Position numbers and translations under genes: made by a program. From assembly GCF_964204645.1 (NCBI RefSeq), contig NC_134028.1, positions 17,615,653 through 17,679,652 on the forward strand: 64,000 nucleotides of DNA, in the 5' to 3' direction. Every line of letters begins with the position of its first letter. Within the stretch, counting starts at the first letter, position 1. Under the pieces are notes generated by a model. That model was given only the letters and a program-made list of their open reading frames with translations, was not told where the DNA came from and searched no databases. Positions 47,775 through 60,757 of the stretch are shown in pieces. Origin of the DNA: Tubulanus polymorphus. Taxonomy: Eukaryota > Animalia > Nemertea.

Positions 47775-50230
47775 TGGGGCCTCGAGATGTCGCGTTCCAA
47801 CTCGACAAGTCGTCATATTTATGTCGACATACCGCGATATATCGCGTCAAGTCGACATGAATATGTCGACATATCGTGACGTTTTCACGACAAATTTCGC
47901 TTTTTTGCCCATTTTCTACGTGACAAGCTTTATAATGAATATGACATGAATATGTCGCCATATCGTGACGTTTTCACGACAAATTTCGCTTTTTCGCATT
48001 TTCCACGGGACAAACCGTCATTTGAAGACACGTCTAAATGTAAGATGAGGACGCCACTAACATGACGACTAGGTTTCAAGTCGTCATGAATATGTCGACT
48101 TGTCGCGAGGAAAATGGTCGCAAAAACGAAATATGTCGTCAAAACGTCACGATATGTCGACATATTCATGTCGGCTTGACGCGATATATCGCGATATATG
48201 GACATAAATATGACGACTTGTCGAGTTGGAACGCGACATCTCGAGGCCCCTCATCGCTTCCGTACATTTGAAGACACGTCGAAATGTAAGATGAGGACGC
48301 CAGTTTTCTCGACCACTATCCTCGCGACAAGTCGACGTGAATATGTCGACATATCGTGACGTTTTCACGTCAAATTTCGCTTTTTTGCCCATTTTCCACG
48401 ATACAAGCCGTCATTTGAAGACACGTCTAAATGTAAGATGAGGACACCTACGGAAGCGATAAGGGGCCTCGAGATGTCGCGTTCCAACTCGACAAGTCGC
48501 CATATTTATGTCGATATATCGCGATATATCGCGTCAAGTCGACATGAATATGTTGTCATATCGTGACGTTTTCACGACAAATTTCGCTTTTTTGCCAATT
48601 TTCCACGGGAAAAGCCGTCATTTGAAGACACGTCTAAATGTAAGACGAGGACGCCAGTGATATGACGACTGAGTTTCAAGTCGTCATGAATATGTCAACT
48701 CGTCGCGAGGAAAGTGGTCGAGAAAACGAAATATGTCGTCAAAACGTCACGATATATCGACATATTCATGTCGACTTGACGCGATATATCGCGATATATC
48801 GCGATATATCGCATCACGTCGACATGAATATGTCGACATATCATGACGTTTTGACGACATATTTCGTTTTCACGACCATTTTCCTCGCGACAAGTCGACA
48901 TATTCATGACGACTTGAAACTCAGTCGTCATATCACTGGTGTCCTTATCATACATTTAGACATGTCTTCAAATGACGGCTTGTCCCGTGGAAATGGGCAA
49001 AATAGCGAAATTTGTCGTGAAAACGTCACGACATGTCGACATGTTCATGTCGACTTGACGCGATATATCGACATAAATATGGCGAATTGTCGAGTTGGAA
49101 CACGACATCTCGAGGCCCCTTATCGCTTCCGTATAACCGCGTACCGTCGACATAATTATCACTCCTTTAGCTAAAATGTCGTGATACGTATGGCAATTTA
49201 TTGAGACAATATCGCAAAAAGTCGACATAAAAATCACAACATTTTAAATAAGGACTTCCTAGTTACATTGATATATTGAGATAGTTAACCTAATTTCAAT
49301 AAGGGGACGCGTACGTACGGAAGCGATAAGGGGCCTCGAGTTGTCGCGTTCCAACTCGTCAAGTGGCCATATTTATGTCGACATATCGCGATATATCGCG
49401 TCAAGTCGACATGAATATGTCGTTATATCGTGACGTTTTCACGACAAATTTCGCTTTCTCGACCACTTTCCTCGCGACAAGTCGACATATTCATGACGAC
49501 TTGAAATTCAGTCGTCATATTACTGGTGTCCTCATCTTACATTTAGACATGTCTTCAAATGACGGTTTGTCCCGTGGAAAATGGACGAAAAAGCGAAATT
49601 TGTCGTGAAAACGTCACGATATGTCGACATATTCATGTCGACTTGACGCGATATATCGCGGTATGTAGACATAAATATGGCGACTTGTCGAGTTGGAACG
49701 CGACATCTCGAGGCCCCTTATCGCTTCCGTACATACGTATTGATGTTTAATGTTAGATGAATATGAAAGAAGAAATAAAGTTCCTTTTAAGAACAGTCAC
49801 ACGGAGTCGCACGTACGGAAGCGATAAGGAGCCTCGAGATGTCGCGTTCCAACTCGACAAGTCGTCATATTTATGTCGATATATCGAGATATATCGCGTC
49901 AAGTCGACATGAATATGTCGACATATCGTGACGTTTTCACGACAAATTTCGCTTTTTTGCCCATTTTCCACGGGACAAGCCGTCATTTGAAAACACGTCT
50001 AAATGTAAGATGAGGACAATAGTAATATGACGACTGAGTTTCATGTCGTCATGAATATGTCGACTTGTCGCGTGGAAAGTGGTCGAGAAAACGAAATATG
50101 TCGTCAAAACGTCACGATATATCGACATATTCATGTCGACTTGACGCGATATATCGCGGTATGTCGACATAAATATGACGACTTGTCGAGTTGGAACGCG
50201 ACATCTCGAGGCCCCTTATCGCTTCCGTAC
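47775..50230. repeat. Cluster of 4-5 long-TIR MITEs (TIR TACGGAAGCGATAAGGGGCCTCGAG...), rich in GTCGAC/TCGCGA palindromes
   Basis: Complete ~420-bp units at ~49317-49731 and ~49814-50229 in opposite orientation, a longer unit at ~48449-49132, partial units at 47775-48448. Confidence 0.85.
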
Positions 50231-50419
50231 GTGTGTTCTACTTTTTGCGATGCGACACAACTGTCACAACCGACCTACGCGCTCTTGCGACTGGCAGAAA
50301 CTAGTCAAACACAGTCGCTGACAATCGTATGGCAACTGACTTGCACCGAACCTTGCGATGCAATGCGAGGATCGCATCGCATCGCAAGGCCGACCTACGT
50401 CCGGCTTTAAGTTACTGCG

Positions 50420-50975
50420 GAGCCCCAGAAATATCTTTTTTTTTGTTCTAAAGACAGTTCTAAAGACTTGAAAATTCTTTCGTCGGAACAAAATTCATTT
50501 CGTTCAAACCAATAATATTCTGTTCGATTGAACCAATTTGAAAAAATCGTTAGAACAAAGTCGAAGAAACTTTTTTTGTCCAAACGAAAGGTTTTTCGTT
50601 CGAACAATCGGTCGATCGAACAGAATCATTTTAATTTGAACAGAATTTTCTTGTCAGAACATTAAGTTTTTCGTTCGAACAAGTATGTTGTAAAGTTTTT
50701 TCTCCGAACCAAAAGTATTAAGTATTTCGTTCAATCTAACAGAATTGTTTTCATTCAAACATTTGTTCGAAAAAATTTTTTCGCTCAACCAAATTTTTTT
50801 GCCGGGACAAAAAGTTTTTCATTTCAACAATGACATAGCTTTTTATTCGAACACATTTTTTGTCAAAATGAAGAAAAGTTTTGATTTAAACAAAAAGCGT
50901 ATTGTTCGTTCAAACAGAATTGTTTTCATTCGAACAAGATTTTCTCGTTGGAACATTAAGTTTTTGGTACAACAG
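50420..50975. repeat. Degenerate TTCGTTCGAAC-motif array (internal repeats of a MITE-like element)
   Basis: Recurrent TTCGTTC(G/A)AAC with T-runs. Confidence 0.55.
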
Positions 50976-52779
50976 CGTGTAATGGTCATTTCGGAAATTT
51001 ACTCGGTCTGGTATATTTTGGATTACTGTGTATGTCATTTGTCGGGACATAAAACAGAAGACGACTTAGGATACTACCTTGCGTGACTCCACTAGTTAGG
51101 CCGACTTATTCCAAGATGAGGCGTTCCGTTGATTTCGGCTAAGTTTTCGTTCAGAGATAACTTCTGAGCCATTTGAGCGACCTATCATTGATACTGTTTC
51201 CTAATAGCCTGTTTAGTAATGGCTGATTTGTGCCTTATCAAATGCTTTGTAGAAATCCACCGTTGAACAGGATTCTAAAACTGTGCAGAAAACCCGTTAT
51301 CGCTGCTTTGCAGCTATATTCTTATTTTAAAATCTGTAACTTTATTGAATTTGGGAATTTTATCCTGGAATTTCGATGTGATAAGGATCAATAAAGAATT
51401 GTATTCTCACCTAATACACATGCCATTAGTGGACGCGGAGCCGTATATGACAGCTATGCTATTATAAATTGCTAATCTCATGAAACCTGCATACAAAATC
51501 GTGTATACATCCGCCATTTTGACCGAATAATCCGATTGACTTATCATTTCTCTATATGCCTGCCGCTTCTTATATAATCATACATCCTTAACTATTACAA
51601 TACGTCTTCTCATGATATTGGATGCAATATAACATTTCGACGTTCGAATAGAGGGCATTATATAATCACAGGAAGCCATTCTACATCTTTGTCAATAATA
51701 TTATAATAATAATATAGACCTGTGACGTTTTGCACATCGATTTACGGTTGTCGTTTGTAAAATGACGCTGAATGGTTAACATTGTTTAGGTTTCATAATG
51801 GTAACGTTTCATAAGGCGTCAAAAAACTGACTGCATTCCATTGCCCGCTATTGTCTATAGACTATTTAGTCCATTATTAATTTATCACCGCTCACAATTC
51901 TACCTCAAAAACGTACTAAGATTAAATAGAGTAAAGCAGTAACACGTTTCACAAAAAGCCGACGACCGCGGTTAAACCGTACGGGTTAGCAGGTCTTTAA
52001 GGCATTTACAAGACAAATCTAAGCCAAAACTCCAATGGTATCGCCATACTTGCTAGATTGGATACTGAATTGAATAGCCGACTCGGTTACATTCGTAACA
52101 TCGAAAAAATTATAAGCTAACATACGATACCTAATCAAATGAAATGCCCGCCATTTTGTTTTGGGGTCAACATTGGGTTTTCCCAATGGGCTAAGTTCCC
52201 AATTACATCAGAAGATCCCGGAATTTCCCGTATATCCAACAAACATTCGAAGTAGCTCAGGTAACAAGGTCAACTCAGATAGATAGAAGCGAGAAAATTT
52301 ATGGGGTTCATAAAGTGAGGGCCTGTAGGTCAAAAAGTATATCCAGATGAGTCGCACAAAAAACGGCAACACTTCCAGGTAGGATTGAATTTTTATATAT
52401 TTCAATTCCAAGTATGCAAATTCTCACATGTGAAAACGTGCCATTACTTAGTGCTTAAAAGCAGGTTTTTTCGTGTTTTTCAAGAATAATTCCCCTAGAA
52501 ATAACTCCATCACTATGAAATTTGTGGGCTCGAGAACTCATTAAGCCAAACCATGACACCAAAAATTAACACTATTGGTTCAACAGCCAATGTTTGTGCC
52601 TTGTTGACACACCGGTACTCTATTCATTTTCAATGAAAACTGCTTCACCAGACCGTTTCCACAGGCAAACCTACGCTTCGCCAAAAACCATGATATTCTA
52701 TTGTGTAAACTTTTTAATTTTCATTATGGAATCAGAGAAGTAGCTTAAACTTGGTTTGAAAATTACATTAAAAATAGTT

Positions 52780-53735
52780 TTTAAACGGTCTCTTTTAATG
52801 GAGCTGTATCTAATCTTACATCCGTTCCTCAAGGCTTGATTTTGGGCCCTATTCTTTTCATTATATATATATTAATGATATTGGTTAAGCTAAAGAATTT
52901 TGAGTTTTACAATGTTTGCTGATGATACTAATGTTTTCAGAAGTCATAAAAATATCAAAACTCTTACTCGGTTAATTCTGAATTACATGAGTTATGGTTT
53001 CGTGCGAACAGAATTTCTTTAAATTTTAAAAAGACTCATTTTATGTTTTTCAGTAGAGTTAAAACTTAAACAAATTGATATTATTGATAATATATCCATA
53101 ACAAAATTTACATAAATTTAAAGCCCCGATTCATTACTATCATCAGCAAATGCAGTTATATATTGTCCGAGGAAACCTTATTACAGATATATCATTCATT
53201 TATGTATTGTCACTTATCATATTTTAACATCATTTGGGGTAGTACATATCTAGCTTACCTTAATTGTCTGGTTGAATTACAAAAGAAGGCAATTCGTATA
53301 ATTTGTAAAAGAAGATTATTTCGACATCAATTTTTGGCAAAGTGGACAGTTTATGTATCTTTATATGAATAACAAACTACCTAATGTTTTCAAAAATGTC
53401 TTCCCTCCATTGGTGCATATGCAACGTACCCGATTTGGTGGCAACAGAATAATTAGATACGAACAGTAGAAATCGAGCTTAAAAAGATCTTCTATAAAAG
53501 TAAATGGACACAAAATTTATCACTTCATATAAAAACCCTGCCATCCATCAGAATCTTTGAACAAATTGCTTTCTTCCTAATGTTTAGATATACACAGATT
53601 TTTTGGTAACCCGCTTAAAATTTTCTATGAATTTTACAGTAAGTGACTTTTCAGATTTCAGATTTAAATTGTATATTATTTGTTAAAGATAAAAAAAAAT
53701 AAACAAACAATAAACAAATAAACAAATAATAATAA
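52780..53735 (+). pseudogene. 5'-truncated, decayed CR1/L2-group LINE (RT and 3' tail)
   Basis: VPQGLILGPILF, INDI, MFADDTNVF, WFRANRISLN.KKT, IYHSF...LSY...WG, LQKKAIRII; (AAAC/AAAT)n tail. Confidence 0.82.
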
Positions 53736-54463
53736 CGCTTTATCTAATAGTACTTTATTTAAAAAACCTGTCATTTGAACGCTACTTCAATTAATGCATT
53801 CACATGCGCGCGAGCAGCTGTAGTGTGTATTAACCCTTTCTACAATATCACTATACAATACAAGACACAACAACTGTTTACTCGTCACTGCTCATCGACT
53901 TTGAGATAAAATTTCAAATTTGTTACTTGTGATCCCAAGTACCAGTAATTTTTGCCACCCAGGTTTTTATTTTCGAAGTGGCTATGCGTACGGACCCGTC
54001 CGAACAGTATTCCGAGCTATTCTGACGGACCCGTCCGAACAGTATTCCGCGCTATTCTGACGTACTTGTTTTCGTCCGTACTGCCGTACAGTACAAATGC
54101 GCCACCTCTGTACACTGTACACTACACGTGCGTCAGTGAAAGGAAAATGGCGGACGGAGGTGTTTGTGGTGATGGCGTGCAGCGTTATATTTTAGAAGAA
54201 AACAGGAGTTCGTCCTAATCAAAAGTACGTTTTTTAAGTTTCTTTATTTTCTCATACAAAACTATGATATTTTAACATGGAATTTATGTGCACCTAAGAA
54301 CTCTTGAAATGATCTGGCATAACAAATCATGCAACCACAGACCACCATGATATGATGGTTGTGTTATTTTTGTTCGATTATTGTTATGTGTAAGCCTTAC
54401 TACTACATCATTGTCACGCAATCAAAAGACTTTTTATTTTTATTTGATTTTCCCTATTTTCAG

Positions 54464-56102
54464 GACCTTCAAGGATAACTGTCCATTTTCTGTGAAGCTG
54501 AGGACAAGCCCTGGTGGGAATTCATTAGTCGTGAGTGCCATGTCAAAGAATGATGTTCATAACCACGATGTGACCAAGGTAAATCGATTTGGGATATAGA
54601 TCTTTAATGAAACTACTCTTTTATTAGTTTAAAACGAATTCTTCTATTTCAGGCATATTATGAACATCTTCCGCAAGTGAGGCGGTTTGATGGTACGGAA
54701 AAAGAAGTGGTTCAGTCAATGCTAAGCATGCGCTCGAATAAGAAAATTGTACGGAACCACGTAATCAAAACAACTGGAAAAATTGTGAAATTGAAAGATC
54801 TTCATAATATGGCTCATTCTATGAACAAATCGGGCGGAAATGATTTTGAGTCCTTGATTCAAGAAAGGAAATCAACTGCAGGTATGAAATTGTAAATAGT
54901 GTAGTTTGATATTGGTGGTATGAGATGCATGTCTATCTGGACATTACAATATACGTACAATATATTGCTCAATTATTGATTGTCTTTCCCATTTGACAGG
55001 TTCAGTCGTGTAGGTGTTAGTGGACGAAGAAAATACGCTGAAGGGAATATTTTGCCAGTCTCCGGGTATGCGGCGTATGTACGATTCCTATCCGGAGGTG
55101 CTTATGATTGACGCACCTCACAAGCTAAATAATTTGCGTATGCCGTTGTTCGTTATGCTTGTGGTGGATGGAAACGGGGAATCCGAAATCCTTGGACTCT
55201 GGATTGCTTTGGATGAAACGAAGGAATCCATACAAATGATGATTACATTTTTCAAGAAACATAACCGAAAGTGGGATTCCACAAATATCATCATGACAGA
55301 TAAAGACATGACTGAGCGTGAAGTTTTAAAAGAAGAATTTGAGCACGCTCATGCAATAATATGTCTGTTTCATACCTTGCGTTCGTTCCGTCGGGAAGTA
55401 ACTGGTGAAAAGATGAAAATCACCGCCGATCAGCGTATTTCTATCCTGGAAATTTTGACAAAATTAGTGTATTCCAAGACCGAGGATATTTACATGAATC
55501 ATTACGCATTATTGCAAGGACTGGAAATAAAAACAGTTCTGGACTATTTTAATAAAAACTGGCACGAAATCTAAGGTGAATGGGTTGATGGGCTCAAAAG
55601 TGACCACGCCCACTTGATGACATCTACAAATAACCGTCTAGAGAGTATTAATGCTAAAATTAAGAGCGTCGTTTCCAGTTTCAGCAGCATTGTTGTATTT
55701 TGGAAAGACCTAATGAAAGTTGTAGAATGCTTGAATGTTGAGCGAGATCACAGGGTTGCTGAAATTGTATCAAAAATTCCTGTGAACCGGTTTGCTATAG
55801 GCAGTGATGAGAAGAAATATGCAGAGCTGATCACACCTTTTGCTTATTCATGTCTCGTCAAACAAATGTCCGTGGAAAATGTATCACTCGAAAAATATGA
55901 TACTGATGAAAATCGGTGTAACTGCTTAATTTCTAAAGTAATGCAATTGCCGTGCAGACACATATTCAAGTATCGTCGGACTCAAGAAATGTCACTGTTT
56001 GATGAATTGCTATGTTCCAGCAGATGGTACCGTTCATTCTACTTATCAAATCACCGAGTATTTTCTGGCACCGTTGAAAGTAGAAGTGATGTGTCTATGT
56101 GA
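54464..56102 (+). pseudogene. Mutator/MULE transposase (ZSWIM3-like) with spliceosomal introns and premature stops
   Basis: YPEVLMIDAPHKLN...VVDGNGESEI, MTDKD, ICLFH, TNNRLESIN, SWIM CNC...LPCRH; GT-AG introns at ~54579-54652 and ~54882-54999. Confidence 0.88.
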
Positions 56103-56765
56103 AGTGACTACCGTTGCTTCGCAGTGTAACGTCGTCAATATATTTGTGACTTTCTTAGTATCACTTGTGATAGGGGAAATCTAGCTAAGTAGAACGACAA
56201 CCAAAGAAACACATAAACACCTGAAATTCCGAGAGGAGAAGCAATGTTAGTTTATTGAACCATCAGATGAAACTGACCATTTTCGGACAGTTCTCAACCT
56301 TGATGGTTTTGGCTCGTCCCCTTGGATCAGGGCACATACTCAAAATCTCATTGGCTAAGGGTCTCGTTACCCTGGCGATCTGTGTTGTGTTAGTTTGTGA
56401 GCACCAAACATTTGGAGTAATTATCAACGTATTGTCTTAAAGATTTGCTCGACTAGTTTTGTCGAGCTGTGAACAATATGTGTCCAGACAGTTCGTCTCT
56501 CTTTTAAAACAAAGGACAGATGTCATAAAGTTATATACGCTTTATACTAGATGTAACTTGAAAGAAATACACTTTCTAAAAAATAATAATTCAAGGAAAT
56601 TGTCATCATAATTAGAAAGCTGAACTAACGCTGATTAAAACTATGTCCAATATGATGTATGTAACATATATAATCGATGAATAACGTATAGATAGGAATT
56701 AGTAAAATTGAGTTTTTGATTCAGAATGAGGACACTGGAATCCATGTGTTACCAATTACAATACA

Positions 56766-59700
56766 GGGACCTACCGCTAAAACAAAAAGTCATATCCGAT
56801 TGGCACCTAAATCAGAAATAGATATACCTGTAGAAATACCTAAATTCTTAAATCACTCGGTAGTTTTACTTTCGCCATTGCCCGAATTAGTTAATGATAA
56901 TTTTAGTGGAGCTAGGTGTCTTGTGAAAGTTACGAAAGGTTCATCCCGTATGAGGTTAATCAATCCTACTAAAAAATCGATTTCGGTCAAGAAAGGTACA
57001 GTTATAGCACATGTCTCACATTTGGATGAATCATGCCCTATTACGCCCTTAGAAGATCGGCAGGGTACTGCTTCTGTTTCTTCAGTCAATCTACCACCTC
57101 ATGATACTAGCGATTTTCTGAAGTTCGCACCCGAGGCTTCGAAACCTACAGTAGACCCGATAGAATTTGATTTATCAGACTCGAATCTAAATGAAGAACA
57201 AAAATCGAAATTAAAATCTCTTCTGGAACAATATCGTGATAGGTTTTCAACCAATTTGCATGAACTAGGTCATACAAGTATGGGTCAACATAAAATTGAT
57301 ACAGGGGATAATCCTCCGTGTACTCAAGGCCCATACCGGAAACCTCCAGAGATGAGAAAGGAGGAGGAAAGACAGATTACTGAAATGCTTCAAGCCGATA
57401 TAATAGCACCCTCAAATTCACCCTTTCAATCCCCTGTTGTCATGGTAAAAAAGAAAAACGGCGAATATAGATTTGCTGTTGACTATAGGGCATTGAATCG
57501 TATTACTAAAACTGTTGCGTTTCCATTACCTTCACTTCCAGACGTAATTGACTCAATTGGTGAGTCTAACGCGACTCTGTTCTCAAGCCTTGATATGACC
57601 TCGGGTTTTTGGCAACTTAAACTCGACCCCGAGACCATGCACAAAAGTAGTTTTGTGAGTCAGGCAGGTTGTTACATGTTTAAGGGGTTACCTTTCGGGT
57701 TGAAAAATAGTCCGGCTACTTTTCAAATGACTATGAATGAGGTATTGCGAGGATTTCATTGGTCCTTCTGTTTAGTCTATGTGGACGACATTCTAGTCTA
57801 CTCGAAATCGTTTGAGGAGCATTTAGAACATTTAAGATTAATTTTTGATAGACTCAGAGTAGCTAATTTAACGTTGAAGCCATCGAAATGCAAGTTTGCG
57901 CAAAGTCGAGTACATTTTCTAGGATACATATTTTCTGATAAAGGGGTAGAGGCTGATCCTGCCAAGTGCGAGGTGATAAATTCATTCCCAGCACCCACTA
58001 CCAAGACAGAATAACGCGCGTTCTTAGGACTCTGCAATTTTTATAGGCGATTTGTTCAAAACTATTCGCTCATAACAACTCGGCTCACTCCGCTTCTAGA
58101 GAAAGACAGTAAGTTTGTTTGGACTACGGACCATCAAGCAGCCTTTCTGGAGCTGAAAACTCATTTAGTTTCGCCGCCTATCTTAGCTTATCCTGATCCC
58201 AACAAAGAATTTTTCCTTTGTACGGATGCTTCGGATACAGCTATCAGTTACATTTTGGGTCAGCGAAATGATGCGGGACATGAACGTGTCATTGCATATG
58301 GAGGAAAATCCCTCTCACCTACACAACGGCGTTGGGATACGAGAGATAAGGAAGGGCTCGCGATTGTAGTTGGTATCGATACATATCGAGAATATCTATC
58401 AAATAAACCGTTTACTATATACACCGATCACATGTCTCTAACCTATATCAGTAAAGCAAAGGATCAAAATACCCGTGTAGCGCGGTGGGCAACTAAGTTA
58501 CAGGCTTACGAATTTAACATTGTACACAGGCCTGGGAAGAAGAATGTAAATGCGGACATAGTCTCTCGTAGGCCATATCCTGATATTGTCGATGATTCAG
58601 ATCATGATGATTTCCCTTCGCCTAGCAATGTTGCTTCAACTGCAGTTCGTGAGACGCTCGAGTTTGAGTTCACTTATGCGTCTGAGAACACCAGTTTGCC
58701 GATCTGTGTCAATGCTTTGGATAGTGTTGATTTACAAAACCTTCAACGTTCATGCCTCGAATGCAGACCCTTAATTGATTATTTAGAGTCAGGTGCGCTT
58801 CCTCAAGACAAGTCTGGAGCCCAACGCTTGATAGCACACGCTGATTCTTTCCATATTTATGACGGTCTATTGTATAGGAATTTTCCTAAATCTCGGGATT
58901 TCCCAGATGCACTTCCAGTGTTAGTTGTTCCTAAAGCCATGCGGCAGGATGTCCTGCTATCCTACCACGACTGTAAAGCAGGTGGAGGGCATAATGGTAT
59001 ACAGAAAACATACAATAAAATGCGTCATAAATATTACTGGCAGTATATGTTCCGCGATGTAACTCAATATGTGCAGTCGTGTGACCGTTGTCAAACAGCA
59101 AAATCAAGTACCCATCATAAACCACCGCCATTAACGAACATGCCGGTAGAGGATACTTTTGTGCGGTGGCATATGGACTTTCTAGGACCTTTGACAGAGG
59201 CTCCCTCTGGTGAGAAACATATCTTGCTTTTAGTTGACAGTTATTCTAGGTGGTGTGAAGCCTTTGCACTTAAATCTCAAGAAGCATCGGAAGTAGCTAA
59301 GGTACTATACAACGAAATATTCTCCAGATACGGCGCTCCACGCTCCCTAGTATCAGATCGTGGTAGAAATTTTATGTCTAGTCTCGTCTCGTCTGTCTGT
59401 GAGTTGTTTCAGGTCACTAGCACGGCCACTTCCAGCTATCATCCTCAAACAAATAGTGCATGCGAACGAACCAATCGATCGATAGGTCAGATCTTCCGTG
59501 CTCATATCAAAGAGGATCAATCTGACTGGCCTCAGATTCTACCCAGTGTGTTAATGGCTCTGAGAGCTTCGCCTAATGCCTCAACTGGTTTTGCGCCATA
59601 TCATGTAGTTTTCGGCAAACAGATGCCATTGCCTATAGATACGTCTTTGATTCCAAAAGAAAATCTGTCTAAACCTGTAACAGAACACATTGACAAACTC

Positions 59701-60393
59701 AAGACGCAATTAGAAATGGTTAAGTCGATAGCGAATAAGCAAAATGCGGCAGCGCAGGCTAAGAACAAGAGACTTTATGACAGAAAAGCTCAAGAACCGA
59801 GATATAAATTAGGTGACAAAGTGTTGCTTAAGAACGAAAAAGTAGCTAAAGGTCGATCGCGTAAGCTCACTAACAAGTTTGTAGGGCCTTATTATATATC
59901 TCATGTCGGTAAGAATTTCACTTACAGACTGCGATTGTGCTTTGATGACAAACATCATCCATCGCCAGTCAATGCTGCGCGTTTAAAACCGTATTTTGAC
60001 AGGCAGGATTATCCTAGTCTGCGAAATGAGCCTGACAAACCACATAAGTCTTTGTCTAAGGATGATGACAGTAAACAAACACAACCGAAACAACAGTTGC
60101 CTCCAGTTAGAAAGCCAACTGTTAAGAATTCTGAACCTAAGAGTACAGTTGTAAAGGCTAATCAAGCAGTGTCACAACCCGATGATACTTATTACAACAT
60201 CGATAAAATTCTTAGAATGAAGCACGCGCAAGGCAAAAGGCTTTTCTATGTTAAGTGGTCGTGTGGTTCCAAACCTTCCTGGGTTTCCGATACCGATTTG
60301 AATGAGGACGCAAAACGGGAATACTTCCGTACACATACGCTAGATGGTAAACGTAGAAAGCGCTCATGTTTCAAAAGAACAGCCACAACTTAA
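56766..60393 (+). pseudogene. pol: Gypsy/Ty3 pol (RT, RNase H, integrase, chromodomain-like tail), 5'-truncated, one stop at 58012-58014
   Basis: RFAVDYRALN, LDMTSGFWQ, LPFGLKNSP, YVDDIL, TDAS, YTDH, H..GH.G...C..C, HMDFLGP, SDRG, ERTNR, KFVGPY, IDKIL...FYVKW...SWV. Confidence 0.95.
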
Positions 60394-60757
60394 ATCTCAG
60401 TGCTGACTTGACTTAAATCTCAGTGCTCTCAGCTCATTATGAACCTAATTTGTTTGGCTACATCATCAAAAGTAAATCTCTTCAGATTCAATCAAATTTA
60501 ACCCCTCATATTTGCGAAAATAAATTAAACTAATTATATACACTTCGATTCAGGCTGATTCGACCTTTTCAATGTTGAACCCATTATCTCCATATTTGTG
60601 TCTCGTAAACTTAAATGTGTGCCTTGACATGTAGGATTTGAATCATTATATTTAGTATAAGAACTAGTAGGGTTCAACTGTGCTAAGTGGTCCGACGTCA
60701 ACCGCTCTTTTTCGCCTACTTATCTTGTCCTTATATATATTTTTTCTTTTCCCTCAG

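Noticed and set aside
47645-50410. Many short ORFs (MSTYRDISRQ..., CRHIHVDLTR...)
   Set aside because: Translations of palindromic MITE repeats on both strands.
56098-56765. Possible LTR between MULE and Gypsy pol (TGT...ACA)
   Set aside because: No TSD, no PBS and no visible match to the LTR start at 63967; left unassigned.
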